A stretch of DNA of 64,000 bases, taken from an uncultured virus (IMG/VR IMGVR_UViG_3300034119_000891). Its lineage: Duplodnaviria; Heunggongvirae; Uroviricota; Caudoviricetes. Both the position numbers and the translations under genes were made by a program. Numbering within the stretch: the stretch's first letter is position 1; each line of letters begins with the position of its first letter. The stretch lies in the IMG/VR virus record IMGVR_UViG_3300034119_000891; one strand, given 5' to 3'. Positions 30,715-41,172 of this stretch are shown here, one piece after another. A model generated the notes under the pieces. That model searched no databases. It was given only the letters and a program-made list of their open reading frames with translations, and had not been told where the DNA came from.

Positions 30715-31653
30715 ATGGATAAAATTTTAGAAAAACACTTAGCTGCCGTTCTATTACTTCCTAAGCAAGAAGAGGAAGATTTATCCATTCCAGAAACAAG
30801 TAAAAACATAATTCCCTATAGTTTTTATGAAAATGATGGTAATTACAATTACATAAAAACTTCTTCTACATCTCTAGTAACTGAAACCATCGGTTATTGG
30901 AAAAACAAACCTATATTTTTATATCAAGATGAGAAATATGTGGTTTTAGAAAAATCTAAAGCTCTTGTAAAGTTAGAAAGTCTTAGAATAACTAACGATC
31001 AAATACAAAAACAAAAAGAAGAAGACGAAGATAAGATAAAACCAATCTTTAAGAAAATACCAAAAAAAGAATCAGAAGATGCAGAAGATAAAAAACCTCA
31101 AAATATTTCAAATGAAATAATACAAAATTATAAAAATAAAAAACCAAGTACACAAGAAACACAAATTTCTGATGAAGCATCCGAAAAAGATAATTTAAAT
31201 GATACAACCGTTAATTCTTACATCAAGAAATTAAAAGATGACGAAGGATCAAAATCAAAAGAATCAACAAAAGCTTCAGATGATTTCACTGAAATTTTAC
31301 AAAAAAATGCTGATCATCCTGCTTTAAAAAATTTATTTAAAAATCAATTAGAACAATCTAAAAAAGAACTGTATTCACTAAACGAGAAATTTGCTCAACA
31401 ACACTTAGCTAGAGTTTTAGAAAGTGGTGGTGGTACAAACTCTGTTCAACGATATAAAAGTGTACATACAATTGGTAGTGATACTGAAACTGATATTACT
31501 GTTAGACATAATATAGGAACTAAAGAATTAGTAATTACTTTGTATCAAAACGATGAAATGATCTTAGCTGGTATAAAACACATTAACGAAAATGAGTTCG
31601 TAGTTAGTTTTACTGAACCACAACAGAATGTTATGGTAGTAATATTCGGTTAA
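30715..31653 (+). CDS. Probable late virion-associated protein
   Basis: TAAATA-N5-ATG; GGGTNSVQ and HNIGTKELVITLY C-terminus. Confidence 0.55.
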   Translation: MDKILEKHLAAVLLLPKQEEEDLSIPETSKNIIPYSFYENDGNYNYIKTSSTSLVTETIGYWKNKPIFLYQDEKYVVLEKSKALVKLESLRITNDQIQKQKEEDEDKIKPIFKKIPKKESEDAEDKKPQNISNEIIQNYKNKKPSTQETQISDEASEKDNLNDTTVNSYIKKLKDDEGSKSKESTKASDDFTEILQKNADHPALKNLFKNQLEQSKKELYSLNEKFAQQHLARVLESGGGTNSVQRYKSVHTIGSDTETDITVRHNIGTKELVITLYQNDEMILAGIKHINENEFVVSFTEPQQNVMVVIFG

Positions 31654-32168
31654 AATTTGCTGGATTTATAAGAATCCAACATCTTCCGAATCTCTGATGG
31701 TTCAATGTATACTCTTTTATTAGAATTTGATACTGCAAACAAAGGAGGTTTAGGAATATTTGACATGTTAATTCTACTAGTTGAAATGTATGGTTTACCT
31801 GTATAGTTACTATACGCTTGACCCAAATCATCATCCATAATCAAAACACCATCATAATTTGATTCTGTAAGGGTTGTAGATTTATTTAAATACAAATATT
31901 CCTGATCTGAATTAAAATACTTATTACAGTTAAATGAAGATTTGTCGTTTTCATTAAGTTGCTGATAACTAGGTTGTGAATAACTTTCTTGTTCTTCAGT
32001 TCTAACTTGACTCCTTCTATAGGATCGTTTTTGCATCGACTGAATTGCAAGTTCTGTTTGGTTTTTATCAACATTATGTTGGTAGATGTTAACGTATGAA
32101 TGATCATCAGACCTGTTTGTGGTACAAGCGGTGATCAACAATGCTGGGAGTAATAGTGCTCTTTTCAT
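31650..32168 (-). CDS. Putative lipoprotein (start revised to MKRALLL)
   Basis: Lipobox LITA-C; TTGACA(32204)-N17-TACGGT-N7-ATG. Confidence 0.6.
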   Translation of the reverse strand: MKRALLLPALLITACTTNRSDDHSYVNIYQHNVDKNQTELAIQSMQKRSYRRSQVRTEEQESYSQPSYQQLNENDKSSFNCNKYFNSDQEYLYLNKSTTLTESNYDGVLIMDDDLGQAYSNYTGKPYISTSRINMSNIPKPPLFAVSNSNKRVYIEPSEIRKMLDSYKSSKF

Positions 32169-32244
32169 GAATAAAACCGTATCAGATGTGCGATATTCTG
32201 TCAAGAGGGTCATTAAATTTTTCCGAAAAAAATAAATAATTTAA

Positions 32245-32910
32245 ATGGATAAAAAACCTTTAATCAAAAAAATACTATTAGCTTTTGAGCAATCCAGAAC
32301 ATCTATTGGATACGACAAAATTTACACATTCAATGATGGTCCAAACAATATAAAGCAAATTACTGTATCTTTTGGTATTACTGAATACGGTAATCTTAAA
32401 AAATTGATTGAAGATTACTGTAATAAAGATGGTAAACATAAACCTTATTTTGAGAAATATCTACCTAAAATAGGTAAAACACCATTATGCGAAGATTTAG
32501 AGTTTATATCTCTATTGAAAGCATCAGGATCAGATCCATTGATGCAGCTATGTCAAGATCAAGCTTTTGATAATATGTATATTAATCGTGCTTATCAATT
32601 TTGTGATACAAATCAATTAGATTTACCCCTCTCAAGATTGGTAATTTGTGATTCATATTTACAAAGTGGATCTATTTTATCATTATTACGAAATAAATTT
32701 TCTGAGAAAATTCCTGCATCAGGAGGTAATGAGAAAAAATGGATTGAATCTTATTGTACTGTAAGGCGTGATTGGTTGAAGAATCATTCTAGAAAAATTT
32801 TAAATAAAACCATATATAGAATGAATTTTATGTTGGATAGAATAAAGAAAGATGATTGGGAGTTATCCCAACCACCTTTCAATGCCAATGGATTAATAAT
32901 TAAAGATTAA
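32245..32910 (+). CDS. GH46 chitosanase-like / lysozyme-fold putative endolysin
   Basis: AFEQS...Y...DG..QITVSFGITEYG, Q..AFDNMY, ICDSYLQSG, EKKWIESY..RR. Confidence 0.7.
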   Translation: MDKKPLIKKILLAFEQSRTSIGYDKIYTFNDGPNNIKQITVSFGITEYGNLKKLIEDYCNKDGKHKPYFEKYLPKIGKTPLCEDLEFISLLKASGSDPLMQLCQDQAFDNMYINRAYQFCDTNQLDLPLSRLVICDSYLQSGSILSLLRNKFSEKIPASGGNEKKWIESYCTVRRDWLKNHSRKILNKTIYRMNFMLDRIKKDDWELSQPPFNANGLIIKD

Positions 32911-34139
32911 TCCATCGTAATGGTTGTTCCATATGGTGCTTGTATACCACCACTTTTATAACCAACAAAAATAACATTATCACAGTAATCTGGATCACCC
33001 CATCCATCACAAGGGCACATATCAGTGAAAATCATCAAAATCTTTGGATGAATGTCGTTTTCTTTCATGTAAGTAAAATTACATTCAAATAAAGTACCAC
33101 CACCACCTTTCACTTCATATCCAATAATGTCACCACCTTCATCGCTACGATAAATCATTTCTTGGTGCACCTCAGTATCAAAAGACCAAATACGAATTTG
33201 ATAATCAGTATATTGTTCCATGATACCTTTAATCTCTGTAAGCATTTCTGTTAAAATTTTATCACAAATACTACCAGAAGAATCAATCGCAACACAAATA
33301 TCGAGAGCGTTTTCTTTGATCATGCCTGGGAGGACATATCCATCGGTTCTACCCTTTTTACTTGGACGATAAAAAGAGAAATCATTTTTGATTGATGATT
33401 GAATGCTTTGCCTTAACAACTCTTTCCAATTCATTTTCGGTTCAGTCAATTCACTAACCAATCGTTTAACACTAGCAGGAACATAACCTGCTGCTGTTTG
33501 AAAAGAATTCAACAAAGATTCTCTAATTTCTGAACGAATCTTATTTTTTTCTTCTTCACTCAAACCTTTGCCTTTATCTTCTAGTTTATCAAGATGTTCA
33601 TCCAATAATTTATCAGATAAACACTGTAAATCTAATTTATCTGCATTTTTATATAAATCATCATAAATCTCTTCAGCGCATTTGTTCTTATATTTTTCTT
33701 CAAACAAAATATCATCCAAAGCATCACCAATATTAGATTCAATCAAAACTGCATTAACTGCGTAATCACACGCAATGTTCCACAATAAATGATTACGACT
33801 TTCTTTACGAAAATGATGCTCAAACACATTATGTAAGACTTCATGAGCAAAAAGAAATTCCGTTTCGGGAATGGTTAGTCCATTAATGAATTCTAAATTA
33901 TAGAAAAAATTTCTACCGTCAGTAGCAGCAGTATTAAAAGTTTCATCATCACGAATAATGTTCAGATGCGTTGCCATGCTCCCAAAGAACGGTTGACGCA
34001 TCAACAATCGAATACGAGCAGTAATAAGCTTTTCTTCAATTTGCTGTTGAGACAACAAATCTTTTGGTGTTTTGTTTTTAGGAGAAACCGAAGAAGTTTT
34101 TTTAGTCTTTTTTGTTTTAGTAGTAGCAGTAGTACTCAT
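32907..34139 (-). CDS. DUF2201-type metallopeptidase + VWA-domain protein
   Basis: TAATDG, AHEVLH, WNIACDYAVN, AIDSSGS (MIDAS), GGGGT, IFTD. Confidence 0.9.
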   Translation of the reverse strand: MSTTATTKTKKTKKTSSVSPKNKTPKDLLSQQQIEEKLITARIRLLMRQPFFGSMATHLNIIRDDETFNTAATDGRNFFYNLEFINGLTIPETEFLFAHEVLHNVFEHHFRKESRNHLLWNIACDYAVNAVLIESNIGDALDDILFEEKYKNKCAEEIYDDLYKNADKLDLQCLSDKLLDEHLDKLEDKGKGLSEEEKNKIRSEIRESLLNSFQTAAGYVPASVKRLVSELTEPKMNWKELLRQSIQSSIKNDFSFYRPSKKGRTDGYVLPGMIKENALDICVAIDSSGSICDKILTEMLTEIKGIMEQYTDYQIRIWSFDTEVHQEMIYRSDEGGDIIGYEVKGGGGTLFECNFTYMKENDIHPKILMIFTDMCPCDGWGDPDYCDNVIFVGYKSGGIQAPYGTTITMD

Positions 34140-34348
34140 AATTAATTATTCAACCTTACAACCATCAATATATCCATCACAATCAGTTTGACAAGCTTCT
34201 TTTTCAGTTTTTTTCGGAATCATTTTAATAGATCCGTTTTCGTAGAAAAAATCATACTTTTGATTCATGTCAATACCTAACTCTTTTGCTTGCTTTTCAT
34301 CAAGCAAAAGAGTTGGTTCACCATTAATTAATTCAATTTTAACGATCA

Positions 34349-35377
34349 TTAGTCTTTGTAATTTTGATTGATAATCTTTACAGAAAGCATCTTTTGCAGC
34401 TTCTTGCTATATCTGATCTCATCATTTTGTCCCCAAATTCCACGAAAAACTAGACCTTCAGCGGGTTTATTATTCTCGTAAAAAGCCTTATTAGTCCAAT
34501 CTTGAAGGTAATCTATAGACAGTAAATTAAATCCTTCTTGATTCCAATATGCATCAACTGGAACTTCTGGCACATCTAACTTAATTGCTTCTGGAATACG
34601 ATGATAATATTTTCCAGTATCCAAATCTTTGTAATTGTATACAAATAGTTTTACTTCACTAAGTCCCATGGGATTGCTTTGAATCCCTGGACCGCAAATC
34701 TCACCTTGTATAGCAGTCCCACAAATCATGTTCTCAGCAAGATTATACTTACGTGCCATTTGCCAATGGACATTGGATTCTGTATCTTTCAATTCTAGAT
34801 TACGAGAACATACTCGAAATGTTCCATCAGATTCTTTGATGTAGGTAGCACTAGTTCCATCTAGTTTTACGGTACTAACTACACAAGAACAACCACGAAG
34901 CTCTTCGAGAACCTCAATATTAGATTTGAGATTGTCTTCATCTGTTTTAGATAAAAACTTAGTAGGAAAATCTCCAGCTACTTGACCAGCAAGATGTGCT
35001 GGAATTGGTTTTTCATACTTGGTAATTCCAAGTAAACCAGCAATAGAAACATCTTCGTCGGGATCATCCATATGATCCAAAATTTCATTAGCACTGACCA
35101 ATGAAGAAGGAAAAATAAGTCCTTGAGATACAACACCTTTTAACCGAATAGTTCTCACACGAATAGGTTTTGTAGGATCGTTCTTGTCCCACAAATGTTT
35201 GTTCCATTCTGCTGGAGTTAACACCGTATCAATCGGAACAAAGATTACTTTGTCTCCTACTTTGTAATCATTTTTACGAATTACACTTTGCCATCCTTGG
35301 ACACGAGCTAATTCAATACGATCAGCTCCTTCGATAGGTAGAATTTCAGTAATGGTTTCAAATGTCGCTAGTTTCAT
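34349..35377 (-). CDS. RNA ligase (DRB0094/Rnl2-like) with N-terminal OB domain
   Basis: PIEGADRIE, KTDE, KLDGTS, VCSRN, QGEICGPGIQSN, EGLV, VKIIN. Confidence 0.92.
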   Translation of the reverse strand: MKLATFETITEILPIEGADRIELARVQGWQSVIRKNDYKVGDKVIFVPIDTVLTPAEWNKHLWDKNDPTKPIRVRTIRLKGVVSQGLIFPSSLVSANEILDHMDDPDEDVSIAGLLGITKYEKPIPAHLAGQVAGDFPTKFLSKTDEDNLKSNIEVLEELRGCSCVVSTVKLDGTSATYIKESDGTFRVCSRNLELKDTESNVHWQMARKYNLAENMICGTAIQGEICGPGIQSNPMGLSEVKLFVYNYKDLDTGKYYHRIPEAIKLDVPEVPVDAYWNQEGFNLLSIDYLQDWTNKAFYENNKPAEGLVFRGIWGQNDEIRYSKKLQKMLSVKIINQNYKD

Positions 35378-36297
35378 AGTCCTATAATTGTTTTAATTTT
35401 ATTAATTGTATCTTCTTTTTCAATCTGAGCTTTTCTTCTATAACTGGCTAGAAGTCGATGGGTTTTATCTTTATGATTTTCTAACATATCAGAAACAATT
35501 TTCAATCTTTCTTGTGAATCGAAAATGATTTCTTTTGGAATTAAATAGCCACAATTATTAATTGTGTTTTCACACTCAGCAGCAAAAATCGGTACAACAT
35601 TCCAATTCAATGCTTCGTAAAATCTATTAGCTAAATGATTGTAGTGTGTATGTGTTACCTCGTCTTCAATATATAAAGAAGAAGTATATTGATTCAAACC
35701 ATCCTTCTTCCATTTGATTCTATCCACAAACTGTGATGTAACTCCCACATCAGTAAATTTTGAAATATTTTTTTTATGTGTGGACACCACAACATTTTCA
35801 TTCAAATATTTTGAAAAATATTTACTACGATCTGCTCTAAAAGAACCATAATAAATCGTACCTTTCTTATCTTCGTTTGTTTTAAATTCTGGATTGAAAA
35901 TCAAACAATTTAAATTAACGATATTCCAATCTGTTGTATATTTTTTTACAATCTTACTAGCTGCTGCTGGGTGATTTGCAATCACAGAATATGATCTATT
36001 ACCTCGCTTAATCCCCATCCATAATATACGAGGTTCACCAAGATTATATTCATTTGTAATATAAAATAATCTAGCGTTTGGATTAGCTTCGAGCCATGCG
36101 TAATCCACAAAACTATACTGAGATGCATGATTAAAGATAATGACATCGTAGCCCGATTTAATTTCGTCGTTAACACCTTCATAACTCCAAATAAGATCTG
36201 CTTTAATACTTTTAGCTAATAAATTAGCGTTCAACAAATGAAGATTATCTGTTATATTTTTCCCACCCTTATGGGAATCAATTATTAAAATTTTCAT
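35374..36297 (-). CDS. GT-B glycosyltransferase, T4 beta-glucosyltransferase-like
   Basis: IYYGSFRADR and LANRFYEAL resemble BGT UDP-binding segments (from memory, not aligned). Confidence 0.5.
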   Translation of the reverse strand: MKILIIDSHKGGKNITDNLHLLNANLLAKSIKADLIWSYEGVNDEIKSGYDVIIFNHASQYSFVDYAWLEANPNARLFYITNEYNLGEPRILWMGIKRGNRSYSVIANHPAAASKIVKKYTTDWNIVNLNCLIFNPEFKTNEDKKGTIYYGSFRADRSKYFSKYLNENVVVSTHKKNISKFTDVGVTSQFVDRIKWKKDGLNQYTSSLYIEDEVTHTHYNHLANRFYEALNWNVVPIFAAECENTINNCGYLIPKEIIFDSQERLKIVSDMLENHKDKTHRLLASYRRKAQIEKEDTINKIKTIIGL

Positions 36298-36579
36298 TAT
36301 AATTTACATCTTTAAATTTAAAGAAGAATGCTGGAGTTTGTTCACCCATATAAGAATTAACTACATTAAATTGTAAATACTCTTCAGCCTCATCTAATGA
36401 CATACCATTTTTTTGTAAAATGGTTAAACATTTCTCGTAATCAAAAATTGAAATAGGATTATGATTTTGAAATGCAACACCAATAAAAGCATCTTCAAAT
36501 CCATCCGCAAGTAATATTTCAACATCTGGAAGCATTTCTTCCAGCCATTCATTAATTTGATCACGTTTTTTCATATATA

Positions 36580-36615
36580 AAAAATGTCCCCACTAGAATT
36601 GAACTAGTGAGGACA
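36580..36615 (-). terminator. Probable terminator downstream of the MoxR gene
   Basis: tgtcc-cactag / ctagtg-aggaca stem with a U-tract. Confidence 0.55.
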
Positions 36616-36632
36616 CCAACTTACCACTACTA

Positions 36633-37703
36633 CTAGACAGTTGTAAAGATATATTTTCCGAATTTATCGTAAAAATTATCGAAACTCTTGATTTTTGAGT
36701 TGTCAAGAGGAATATTGAAATTCATGAGAAGTGTCTTAACACCCATAATATTCAATTCTACTTGCATATGTTCCATTTGAAACTCAAATGCTCTATTAAC
36801 ATACTCCCAGAAATCAGGATGTTTCTTTTCATACTGTTCACGAATTTCGTAGCAAATTGAAACAACTAGAGAATACAATGCACTAACATCTTTAGTCTCA
36901 AGTTTTGACACTTTACCTTGGAGAATATCAATAGCTTTAGGAAGCTTTGCTGAATGTTTGCGGAATGCCAAATACTTAACAGCAAGACCATCTCCAATTG
37001 TTCCAGAGATCAAATCCATAGCAGTTTCTTCACCAATCTCATCTTCCATACTCAAAATTTGACTAACAAATTCCCATGTTCGAGGTGTTGCGAAAGCATG
37101 ACCAGAATTTTTTGAATCGAAAGTGAACAAGTCTTGCTTCATGTGTGAGATATATCCCACTACATCTTTATGTAGACCTTTATTCAAAGCCCAATCAATC
37201 CACTCATCCACATTGACTTTAAGCTCAAGATGAACAAATCGATTAGCAAGAGGTGCTGGCATCTTATATACAACACCACGATCCGAAACCCGATTACCAG
37301 CAGCAACAATATCTACATTAGATGGAAGAACGTACTCACCAATTCGTCGATTGAGAATCAATTGGTATGCTGCTGCTTGAACACTAGGGGCAGCAGACAC
37401 CAGTTCATCCAAGAAAATAATTGCATTACTAAATTCATCTGTAGGTAGTTCAGATGATGGTGCCCACTTCATGGATTTTGATTCGGGATCAAAATACGGA
37501 AACCCCTTAAGATCCGAAGGATCGTACAGAGCTAGACGAATATCGATCACAGGACGATTAGTGTCTGATCCAATTTGGTGAATGATATCGGATTTTCCGA
37601 TACCTGGAGCACCATGAAGCATAATTGGACGCTTCACTTTTAGTGCAGTTTTGATCGCAGCAACTGCTGCTTTTGGTGATACGGTACGAATGGATTCGCT
37701 CAT
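36633..37703 (-). CDS. MoxR-like AAA+ ATPase
   Basis: GAPGIGKS, IFLDE, VQAAAYQLIL, AAGN, LANRF, TPRTW. Confidence 0.92.
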   Translation of the reverse strand: MSESIRTVSPKAAVAAIKTALKVKRPIMLHGAPGIGKSDIIHQIGSDTNRPVIDIRLALYDPSDLKGFPYFDPESKSMKWAPSSELPTDEFSNAIIFLDELVSAAPSVQAAAYQLILNRRIGEYVLPSNVDIVAAGNRVSDRGVVYKMPAPLANRFVHLELKVNVDEWIDWALNKGLHKDVVGYISHMKQDLFTFDSKNSGHAFATPRTWEFVSQILSMEDEIGEETAMDLISGTIGDGLAVKYLAFRKHSAKLPKAIDILQGKVSKLETKDVSALYSLVVSICYEIREQYEKKHPDFWEYVNRAFEFQMEHMQVELNIMGVKTLLMNFNIPLDNSKIKSFDNFYDKFGKYIFTTV

Positions 37704-37793
37704 ATGTAGTAGTTTTGGTTTTTTTTGGTTAAGTTGTCAACAAGTGCTGTTGATGTTGGGTACTATAAATATTTTTCGGTGAATGTCAACAAA

Positions 37794-38219
37794 TCACGCA
37801 AATTTTTTCTCAGAAATTTTTTTGATGAAGATGTATCCCTTAGCTTCAGCACTGAATTCCAGAGTGTAAGTTGTGTCAGTATCCTTGAATACCATTGCTC
37901 CAGCAAACAAACCATCTTTTCTCAAAACAAAACCAAAACCAGATTCTGGTTTGTCTAGAAATTCTCCAAATACCTTGACAAGTTCTGTACCTTGTTCTTC
38001 GATAGATTTAACCATTCCTGTATATTCGGTACCATCTGGTAAACAAATTTTCACAATGTTAGAAGGTACAAGACGTATAATCACATTAGGATTGGCAACA
38101 CCATTTTTGTCAGTGATGTAAATATTCTGTTGTAATTTTAACCCGTAAGCTTGTTTAGGTTCCTGTGTTATTCCCAACACAGTTGTTAATAGTAATGTGC
38201 TAATTAGTAGTTTTTTCAT
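37794..38219 (-). CDS. Secreted hypothetical protein
   Basis: MKKLLISTLLLTTVLG signal peptide. Confidence 0.6.
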   Translation of the reverse strand: MKKLLISTLLLTTVLGITQEPKQAYGLKLQQNIYITDKNGVANPNVIIRLVPSNIVKICLPDGTEYTGMVKSIEEQGTELVKVFGEFLDKPESGFGFVLRKDGLFAGAMVFKDTDTTYTLEFSAEAKGYIFIKKISEKKFA

Positions 38220-38222
38220 AAA

Positions 38223-38618
38223 TTATTTCCATTCTTCAAATTCACCTTTCATGTTTGTATAATATACATGTTTATATCCAACTTGATTCAATAAATCTTG
38301 ACAACCTCTACAAGGTTTAGACATAGCAACATTATTGTTTTTATCTATTCTAATATTAATAAATGTGCAATCAGAACAATCTTCTTCACCGTATTTGAGA
38401 ATAGCACTAAGTTCTGAATGAATACCTACCATTGAACTGATGTTTTGTCCAAACTGATTAATGTATTTGTATTTTAAATTAGCTGGATGTGTTTTAAGAA
38501 CATTATATCCAATTTTTTGTAAACGATTTTTACGAAGGATAAAAGTCGTATGAAAAGTTCTTGCTGTCATATTTTCAGACATCAAAGCTTTGGTTATATC
38601 TATGTATCTATTAAACAC
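38223..38618 (-). CDS. Zn-dependent deaminase-fold protein
   Basis: HSE...SKPCRGC. Confidence 0.75.
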   Translation of the reverse strand: MFNRYIDITKALMSENMTARTFHTTFILRKNRLQKIGYNVLKTHPANLKYKYINQFGQNISSMVGIHSELSAILKYGEEDCSDCTFINIRIDKNNNVAMSKPCRGCQDLLNQVGYKHVYYTNMKGEFEEWK

Positions 38619-39120
38619 GTTTCTTGGAAAGTTTTATACAGTTTATATTATTAAATATATCAGTAAATTTTATTTTGGATAGAACATCTTGCCTACCTTT
38701 TCTAGTGTAGGCTTTGTACAAGCAACTATCTCTATCACATATATCGGTCAAATCAACCAATTCTTCACATATTTTTTTGAGTTTTTCTCTACTGACTAAT
38801 ACAAAATCATCTTTTCTCTCGAAAGCTATCATAGTAGCTGTTCCATACAACCAGCCCTTTTTACCCCGAACATTTTTAAATTCAATCCAAACATCCTGAT
38901 CTTCATTTGTAAATTTTTTTCTAGCTTTTACATCAACTGTAAAATATTTATTTTTATCATCATAAACATAATAATCAATGTGATTGTATGTTTGTTCTTT
39001 AAAAGAAGCAGGAACTATTTTAAATTTTTCAGAAATTATATTTAAAAAATTATTTTCGGCTTTAGCACCTTTTTCTCCCATTTTCCCTGTATAATCGAAC
39101 TTATTGATATATATACCCAT
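38611..39120 (-). CDS. PD-(D/E)XK nuclease-like protein
   Basis: HIDY...VDVKARK...WIEFKN..G..GWLYG. Confidence 0.65.
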   Translation of the reverse strand: MGIYINKFDYTGKMGEKGAKAENNFLNIISEKFKIVPASFKEQTYNHIDYYVYDDKNKYFTVDVKARKKFTNEDQDVWIEFKNVRGKKGWLYGTATMIAFERKDDFVLVSREKLKKICEELVDLTDICDRDSCLYKAYTRKGRQDVLSKIKFTDIFNNINCIKLSKKRV

Positions 39121-39874
39121 AAGTCTATCATTATAGCAAACGTATTACCGAAAATCAATCCAATCTTCACAAGGTAACTCATTTCCTTGTGAATCTTCTT
39201 CATATACATAATCTGATATGAAGAATGAATTTCTATTTTTAATATTTTTTAATCTACAAGAACAACCTCTGGGCACACATTCATCACACGCAAAGATAAA
39301 TAATAATGTATTCTTCCATTTAACTTCAGTAGATCCACAATTATCACATTTATCAGTTTCTATTTTAATTGGTAGGATTTTAGATTGTTGATCTACATCT
39401 AAATCTTTAGATATTTTTTTCCAATATCTATTAATTAAAAATTGTTGTGATGATGATTTCCTATTAAAGCCCACATAAATATTTATCCTAGAAATACTTA
39501 CATTTTTATATATGTAATAACTTTAGGCTTAAATTTTGGTGAACAAATATAAGCTTTCCAATGATCTGTTAAAGTTTCTGGATAATATACATCACCATTC
39601 TCAAGAACAATAGAATAATTTGTTACTAATACATCTTTATATCCATTCCTAAGCAAAGAATATGAAATGGGTGAACATGTCTCGGATGTGGAAATTCCTT
39701 GATTTAAATCGTTTAATGTAATGTCTAAAAACAATTTTTGTTCTGTGGATTTAGTTTGTTCCACAGTTTCATCAGAATTATAAGTTTTTTCAAACGCAAT
39801 AAAATCCGTGATTTTTTTTAGTTTTTTTAACATATTATAATTTAATATATAATATTTATTTTTCCACATAAATA

Positions 39875-39903
39875 AACACCCTCCACTTATTAAGTGGAGG
39901 GTG
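39875..39903 (-). terminator. Hairpin/terminator downstream of the 39970 ORF
   Basis: caccctccactt-att-aagtggagggtg perfect stem. Confidence 0.7.
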
Positions 39904-39969
39904 AGTAGTCAGTCAACCTTACTTATTTTTTATATTATATATTTTAGTTTCGGGTTAATTGAATCTTAA

Positions 39970-40231
39970 TTAGATAAGACCCAAACTGTTGATTGCGTTA
40001 GTTACGGTACGCACATTAGCGGGAATGATACGTGAACTGTGTTGATTAACACGACTTACAATAACAGCTTCACGAACTGTGTATCCGTTAGGAGTACGTT
40101 CTACAGTCAGAGTAATTGCTTTAGGGGCATCACTCTTGCGAAACTTTTTGGTTTCGCTAGTAGCGGTACGTGTGGTTTTTGCCCTGCGAGCAGAGCACTT
40201 AGTGCTTTGGGTTTTTGTTGTTTGTTTCATT
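39970..40231 (-). CDS. Small basic protein (probable start MKQTTKTQ, approximate)
   Basis: A/C-rich leader; K/R/T-rich N-terminus; own terminator. Confidence 0.6.
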
Positions 40232-40494
40232 GGTTGGCTTTTGGTTTGTTTTGTTTGTTGCATAAATTGGTTTATTTCCCGTACTCTAGCAAAATGTTTT
40301 TGTAATAGCAAGACATTTTTTCAATAAAATCTGAATATTTTTCAGAATCGTTACCTAATTGGTTATTCAGCCTATGTAGATGCTTTAAGGTAAAAATAAG
40401 CTGTTTTTCTTCTTCAGTCAAGAAGAAATTGTACACAAACTTTTTTTTGTAAGGTTTAATGGTGTTATTGTTCATAATTAAACTAAATATTTTA

Positions 40495-41172
40495 ATGGCT
40501 AAAAAAGAATTTGAACTTTTACAGGAATCTTATGAAGAAGTCAAGATACAAAAGTATATTGATGATTTAATATCTGAAGGGAAATCCGAAAAAGAGATAG
40601 AACAAATTTTATCTGAAGCTGGTTTACTTACAAGATTAAAAGGAAAATTTCAAGAATACGGTGGTAGAGGCGGATGGGAAAATTTAAAAAGTTCTTTACA
40701 AGGAAAAGCTGCTAGAGGTCTAGCAAAAACTAGAGAATTTTTCGGTCAAGACGTTGAAGATCCTGAGTATACAGAAACAGGAATGGAAGCAAGAAGAGCT
40801 GAAAGTGAAATGCGTGGAAGACGCTTGGAATCTATTGTTTCTGATCACAGAAGAGATTTAGAAAAATTAATTGGAAAAATGGAAAAAACCAAGGAAGATT
40901 TTATCTATAATGCCAATACATTAGCAAAAGAAATAGCTAAAGATTATTTCAAAACTGGTGGTTTATCCAAAAACAGTGTGAATAAAATGAAAGTATCTAT
41001 TCAAGAAACTATCATAGATTTATTTAAATCTACTTTTTATGATGAACGTAGCCCACACGATATTAGCCGAGATCTTATGAATCAAATTATTGAGATAATC
41101 AATAAAGAGAAAACAGATTCTAAAAAAGGTATGGGCTTACGCGCATCTGATAAAATCAGAAGAAGATATTAA
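40495..41172 (+). CDS. Hypothetical late protein (start revised to MAKKEFELLQE)
   Basis: TAAATA(40484)-N5-ATG. Confidence 0.7.
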   Translation: MAKKEFELLQESYEEVKIQKYIDDLISEGKSEKEIEQILSEAGLLTRLKGKFQEYGGRGGWENLKSSLQGKAARGLAKTREFFGQDVEDPEYTETGMEARRAESEMRGRRLESIVSDHRRDLEKLIGKMEKTKEDFIYNANTLAKEIAKDYFKTGGLSKNSVNKMKVSIQETIIDLFKSTFYDERSPHDISRDLMNQIIEIINKEKTDSKKGMGLRASDKIRRRY

